Shown here piece by piece: positions 60,101-64,000 of a DNA stretch of 64,000 bases. This DNA comes from Escherichia phage FH3. Below the pieces are notes generated by a model. That model worked only from the letters and a program-made list of their open reading frames with translations, searched no databases and was not told the origin of the DNA. Within the stretch, counting starts at the first letter, position 1. Each line of letters opens with the position of its first letter. The stretch lies in the sequence record OR886155.1; one strand, written 5' to 3'. The position numbers were made by a program, and so were the translations under genes.

Positions 60101-60172
60101 AACTCTCTCCTGTAAAATACAAATTCTTGTTGTACTCTATATACATTTGAGAGTTACCATATCTACTACCAA

Positions 60173-60382
60173 TCAGTAATAAATTACTTTAGACATAAAA
60201 GAACCCGAGTTAGGGTCTTCGTACCAGCGATGAATGTCAGCACTTTTAACTGTTCCAATTAAAGTTTTCATCTTCTTCTTAGCAATACGAGCATCTTTAC
60301 GGGTGTCAAATAATTTGATATTATCTTTACCTAGATGGTGTCCATCTTCCCAAACAACACGAACAGCCCATATCTTTTTCAT
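60173..60382 (-). CDS. small basic protein, paralog pair member 1
   Basis: MKKIWAVRVVW...; adjacent to a similar ORF. Confidence 0.35.
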   Translation of the reverse strand: MKKIWAVRVVWEDGHHLGKDNIKLFDTRKDARIAKKKMKTLIGTVKSADIHRWYEDPNSGSFMSKVIYY

Positions 60383-60576
60383 TAGTAATGTACCTTTCCG
60401 CTGATATAAACACGACCAGAGGAATACTCTCTGGCCTTATGAATGCTAATACTCTTAGTTAAGTCCATATTGAACATAGACTTTTTAAACTCTCGAGCTT
60501 GTTGGCGGGTAGGTAGTGCAGTCATAGTCATACCACCTGATGCCCACTTAATCTTCGCTAACCAGAATTGTCTCAT
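60382..60576 (-). CDS. small basic protein, paralog pair member 2
   Basis: MRQFWLAKIKW... Confidence 0.35.
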   Translation of the reverse strand: MRQFWLAKIKWASGGMTMTALPTRQQAREFKKSMFNMDLTKSISIHKAREYSSGRVYISGKVHY

Positions 60577-60629
60577 TTATCTTTCATCCACATTAAAGGA
60601 GAGATGAAGTCTACTTCTCATAGACTTCG

Positions 60630-61100
60630 CTAGGAGTTTTGCCTCTTCAAGAGTTTTACTCCATACACAGACTCACGTTTACCATCTTTTTGAACAGATA
60701 CACAGAACGTCCCGCCCTTCTCTTGGTAGACATTCTTAACTCCTAGCTTGTTATCAACCCTTGTCTTAGCATTCTGACTGTTCTCAGAGTGAGAGCACTT
60801 TCTCAGGTTAGTTTCTTCTAGGTTTTCTCTGTTACCATCGGCATGATCTATTTGATATTCATCCGATAAATCCTCACCAGTATAAAGAACAAAAAGAATC
60901 CTATGATTATGGACACGAACTCCTCCTAAGGGAATTTGATAATACCCATCTTTTGTGAGCTTGCCATCAGGTTTACCTACTATATCATTAGCAAACTTAC
61001 TAGGCTTCCTTTTCCAAGAAAGCCCTGAAGGGGATGACATGTCTATATTAAAGAGATCAACTACTTCATCATAGCATATCAGCATGATTTGTTCCACCAA
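60630..61100 (-). CDS. HNH homing endonuclease
   Basis: YQIDHADGNRENLEETNLRKCSHSEN motif. Confidence 0.7.
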   Translation of the reverse strand: MVEQIMLICYDEVVDLFNIDMSSPSGLSWKRKPSKFANDIVGKPDGKLTKDGYYQIPLGGVRVHNHRILFVLYTGEDLSDEYQIDHADGNRENLEETNLRKCSHSENSQNAKTRVDNKLGVKNVYQEKGGTFCVSVQKDGKRESVYGVKLLKRQNS

Positions 61101-61623
61101 AAGCTTTTGTTGGCCCTTGTTGGTTATTGTATGAACCTTTAGTTGCGTAGCTATCCTCTTCCGAGGATGAGTGTTTAAAGAATTCCATCTGACCGATACG
61201 CATTCCCGGCTTGATCAGCAGAGAGTGGTGCTGTAGGACGTTCTTGAATTCCATAGTTAACTGACTGCCATGCCAACCACCGTCAGCATGACCAGCGTGC
61301 ATGTGCTCTAAGAAGCAACGACCGACAGTAGATCGTAGCATGAAGTCACAGCTAATGTTGTCTGGAAGGTTGAATGTCTCCACTGTATGAGCTAAGAAAC
61401 ACTCACCCGGTTTGATCACCAACCCTTCCTCTGGAATCATAACCTCATTGAAATTAGGGGATTCTTTAGCAGAGATATCAACAACCCCATTAGCTGCACC
61501 TTCCATCAGAACACGATCTCCAATACGAACATCAATGCTGGAGGAATTAACAGCTGAGTGTGGTGCATCAATAACACCATCATCAATTAATTTATGTAAC
61601 TCTGGGCTTCCTAGTAAACTCAT
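61069..61623 (-). CDS. dCTP deaminase/dUTPase-superfamily enzyme (Dcd-like)
   Basis: IDVRIG, RSTVGR, GWHG...LEF.N, KPGMRIGQ and YNNQQG segments match the Dcd layout. Confidence 0.75.
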   Translation of the reverse strand: MSLLGSPELHKLIDDGVIDAPHSAVNSSSIDVRIGDRVLMEGAANGVVDISAKESPNFNEVMIPEEGLVIKPGECFLAHTVETFNLPDNISCDFMLRSTVGRCFLEHMHAGHADGGWHGSQLTMEFKNVLQHHSLLIKPGMRIGQMEFFKHSSSEEDSYATKGSYNNQQGPTKAFGGTNHADML

Positions 61624-61632
61624 TCTTATTCC

Positions 61633-62946
61633 TTAGTTATTTGTTTCCATGTCAAAAGAGATTCCACGACCCGCTTCATCGGCAAACCGAACTGTACGGG
61701 TTTGAGGTTCTAATACTTCAGGGTTGTTGGCAATAAAGCGATCAGCGAGATTATCTACCACATCTTGGGCCACACCTTCATCAGTCCACACAGCCCTAAC
61801 AGGTGCGTTGATATCACCAACAGCAAAACCCTGACCAGAGAACTGGTGACGGCTAACAGTCAAGCCGTTTGATCGACCACGAGAAGGACTAGACATCCAT
61901 TGCTCCATAGAATCACTTGTAATACCAAGAGCTTCTTCAAAAGATGTTCTACGAGAAGAGCTTAGATTTCGTGCTTCATTTGCTCGACGTCTTGTAGGGG
62001 CTACAAACACCCCTTCAATTGCATTGTGTCGGTTAGGTTCGTCTTCTCTACCAAGCAGATCACCACCTGTATTAGTTGTTAAATTTGTCAACCCTTCAGA
62101 CCAATACGCATGAATCTGACCGGAACCGTGAAGACTAGACATAATCTGAATCTCTTCATAAGGGATTCCAAAAAATCGACTCATGTCTCGGTTAACACAA
62201 TATAGAGCACTTGTTGTATCCTCAATAAGAGCAACCTGACCTATTTCATTAACAAGATGACTGACTGGCTGAGGTGTAGGAAGGTATCGAGTTTGGGCCA
62301 TATATTGATATGCAACAGATGGGGCTGAGAATCTTAACACTTGTGAATTAGGCCACTTTTTGTGAACGTATCTGATTTCACGACTAGAAACAACCACAGG
62401 GCAAGGGGCGGTCATAGCTAAATACCCATGAGGGGTCATGAATAAGTTGTCAAGAGTCATCGCACCACGGCACATCATAGGAAAGTTATCCAATACCTCT
62501 TCGATAGAAGTAGGATAATTAAACATGAATTGGATACGAACCCCATTCCACTGAAACTCAATAATATCAGTGAATGTTAATTGAGAACCCCCAGCATAGG
62601 ATTCGTTTGTAGCTTCAGCAAGAAGAGATGAATACTCAATATCTTGAGACTCAAGCCACTCTTTAACGTTACTTTCAACTTCTCGTCCGAGATCTTGCCA
62701 CTGCTCATGACGGATGAAAGTATTTCGAGTTCTTGGGGCCTGTCCTCTGACAATAAAGATATCAATGTCATGCGGAGCTGTGTTATTAAGCACAGCATCA
62801 CGAATAGCCCCACCAGTGATGATAGGACAAATACAGTCTGGAATCAAGTTGTTGTTAATCAGCTGTTCAATGAAGTGACGACCAACAGTGATATCCGGTT
62901 GTTGAGCAACCTTATCTTCAATTCGGTTAATCGGGATAACAATCAT
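61633..62946 (-). CDS. nucleotidyltransferase with CCA-adding-enzyme/poly(A)-polymerase-type head motif
   Basis: ITGGAIRDAVLNNTAPHDIDIFIV corresponds to the G-G-A-V-R-D ... D-x-D head signature; the remaining ~380 aa not recognised. Confidence 0.5.
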   Translation of the reverse strand: MIVIPINRIEDKVAQQPDITVGRHFIEQLINNNLIPDCICPIITGGAIRDAVLNNTAPHDIDIFIVRGQAPRTRNTFIRHEQWQDLGREVESNVKEWLESQDIEYSSLLAEATNESYAGGSQLTFTDIIEFQWNGVRIQFMFNYPTSIEEVLDNFPMMCRGAMTLDNLFMTPHGYLAMTAPCPVVVSSREIRYVHKKWPNSQVLRFSAPSVAYQYMAQTRYLPTPQPVSHLVNEIGQVALIEDTTSALYCVNRDMSRFFGIPYEEIQIMSSLHGSGQIHAYWSEGLTNLTTNTGGDLLGREDEPNRHNAIEGVFVAPTRRRANEARNLSSSRRTSFEEALGITSDSMEQWMSSPSRGRSNGLTVSRHQFSGQGFAVGDINAPVRAVWTDEGVAQDVVDNLADRFIANNPEVLEPQTRTVRFADEAGRGISFDMETNN

Positions 62947-62947
62947 T

Positions 62948-63505
62948 TTACATTTTCCAATATAATGAAGGTGGGTCGTAAGGGTCAAATCCTGTGATTT
63001 CACACAAGAAAAGATAAACCTTAACAGTTAAGTTAACGTCCTGTTCACAATAAGTAAACATATCTTCAGTGAAAGCATCCCATGCTTCCTCTTGCTCACC
63101 ATAATCGCCCTTAAGTTCTCCTAAGAACTCACCCCACTGCTTCAAACCATGACCCCTTGGGCCACGTCTAGGGTCGCCTTTCGGATACTCAGGACTGTCA
63201 CCAATACGGTCAGGTTTAAGATATCGACTAAGACATAAAGTGTCAAAGACGTTAAAATTATATTTAATCAAAGAGGGATACATCTTCTTCAGAGCAGGTA
63301 AGTCGAAGTCAATAATATTATGACCCACGAGCACATCTGCTTCTGTCAGTTTACGAATCCCGTCTTCGATTTGGTGAGGCCGATAGCCCCACCTTTCACC
63401 AGTTTCAACATCGAAGATATAAATACACCATACTTTAGTTATGTCATCGTACAGTGCATTACTCTCGATATCGAATGCAAACACTTTCTTCTTTTTCTTT
63501 ACCAC
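62948..63505 (-). CDS. stand-alone 3'-5' proofreading exonuclease (DnaQ/Pol A exo-like)
   Basis: Exo I FAFDIESN, Exo [15 protein letters not shown], Exo [11 protein letters not shown]. Confidence 0.7.
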   Translation of the reverse strand: MVKKKKKVFAFDIESNALYDDITKVWCIYIFDVETGERWGYRPHQIEDGIRKLTEADVLVGHNIIDFDLPALKKMYPSLIKYNFNVFDTLCLSRYLKPDRIGDSPEYPKGDPRRGPRGHGLKQWGEFLGELKGDYGEQEEAWDAFTEDMFTYCEQDVNLTVKVYLFLCEITGFDPYDPPSLYWKM

Positions 63506-64000
63506 GGTGAAGCTCCATCTGCTTGGTTGACGAGAGAAGCTGCATCCTCTCCATTAGTTAAAACGAATGGATTATCTTCATCAACTTCAAAGTCTTCCCT
63601 CTCTACAAGTCTACCGGTTTCACTGATATACTTAGTATAACAGACACCTGTCTGACCGTAGTTGCGTTCTTTCAGTAATCGAATGACTGAGAGGTTCTTA
63701 GCTAAGCCGTCAGCTTGCTTGTCACGCTCAAAACCAATGATACACTGACACCAACGCATAAGAGAACGAGAGCCAGTGAACTGCACTTCACGTACCTGTC
63801 CACCTTCTTCATGAGGAGCACCACCTGCCGGAGCATTAAGGTGAGATAACACGAAAGCGGTAAAGTCTAGTTCTTTACACATACCAGCAAGCTCGGAAGC
63901 AATCTTACTGATTTCAGTGTTAATCTCTGAAGGGGTTAAATGAGACACCAGAGCGGTAATGTTATCAAGGATGATGAACTTACACTGGTTTTCAACTACC
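63499..64000 (-). CDS. DnaB-like replicative helicase, C-terminal part (gene continues past window edge)
   Basis: Frame open to position 64000; ...[11 protein letters not shown]... and ...[12 protein letters not shown]... match helicase motifs; listed start is an internal GTG. Confidence 0.7.
   Translation of the reverse strand, partial: VVENQCKFIILDNITALVSHLTPSEINTEISKIASELAGMCKELDFTAFVLSHLNAPAGGAPHEEGGQVREVQFTGSRSLMRWCQCIIGFERDKQADGLAKNLSVIRLLKERNYGQTGVCYTKYISETGRLVEREDFEVDEDNPFVLTNGEDAASLVNQADGASPW

Overview
This 64 kb window reads as a contiguous stretch of a virulent tailed dsDNA phage genome (Caudoviricetes); I found no integrase or repressor. All calls come from reading the supplied ORF track and sequence by eye; no database search, folding or alignment program was run, so family names rest on remembered motifs. 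Layout: (i) 1-11,248, minus-strand early region of small proteins, including three tandem paralog families, a lipoprotein and secreted/membrane proteins, interrupted by a 1.8 kb ORF-free repeat-bearing region (7,711-9,484); (ii) 11,249-12,258, divergent control region with reiterated ACGGGG motifs; (iii) 12,259-41,711, plus-strand morphogenesis module: terminase, portal, scaffold, major capsid protein with an apparent -1 frameshift Ig-like extension, a collagen-like tail fibre with C-terminal S74-type chaperone, GH24 lysozyme, Ig-domain tail protein, SLT transglycosylase, Q/N-rich virion proteins and a 1,488-aa coiled-coil protein; (iv) 41,760-64,000, minus-strand replication and nucleotide-metabolism module: family-A DNA polymerase, stand-alone 3'-5' exonuclease, DnaB-like helicase (truncated by the window edge), FEN-type 5' nuclease, SSB-like protein, PhoH, dNMP kinase, ThyX-like enzyme, Dcd-like enzyme, thioredoxin, Dps-like protein, sigma-70-family factor, macro-domain protein, candidate spanin pair and a CCA/poly(A)-polymerase-family nucleotidyltransferase. 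The strongest finding is that the DNA polymerase gene is split by a ~600 nt group I intron carrying its own HNH endonuclease; eight HNH genes are present in total. The most plausible candidates for an undescribed system are the nucleotidyltransferase-like protein (61,633-62,946) and the macro-domain/SLOG/sigma cluster (44.5-46.1 kb); neither can be assigned a function from sequence alone.
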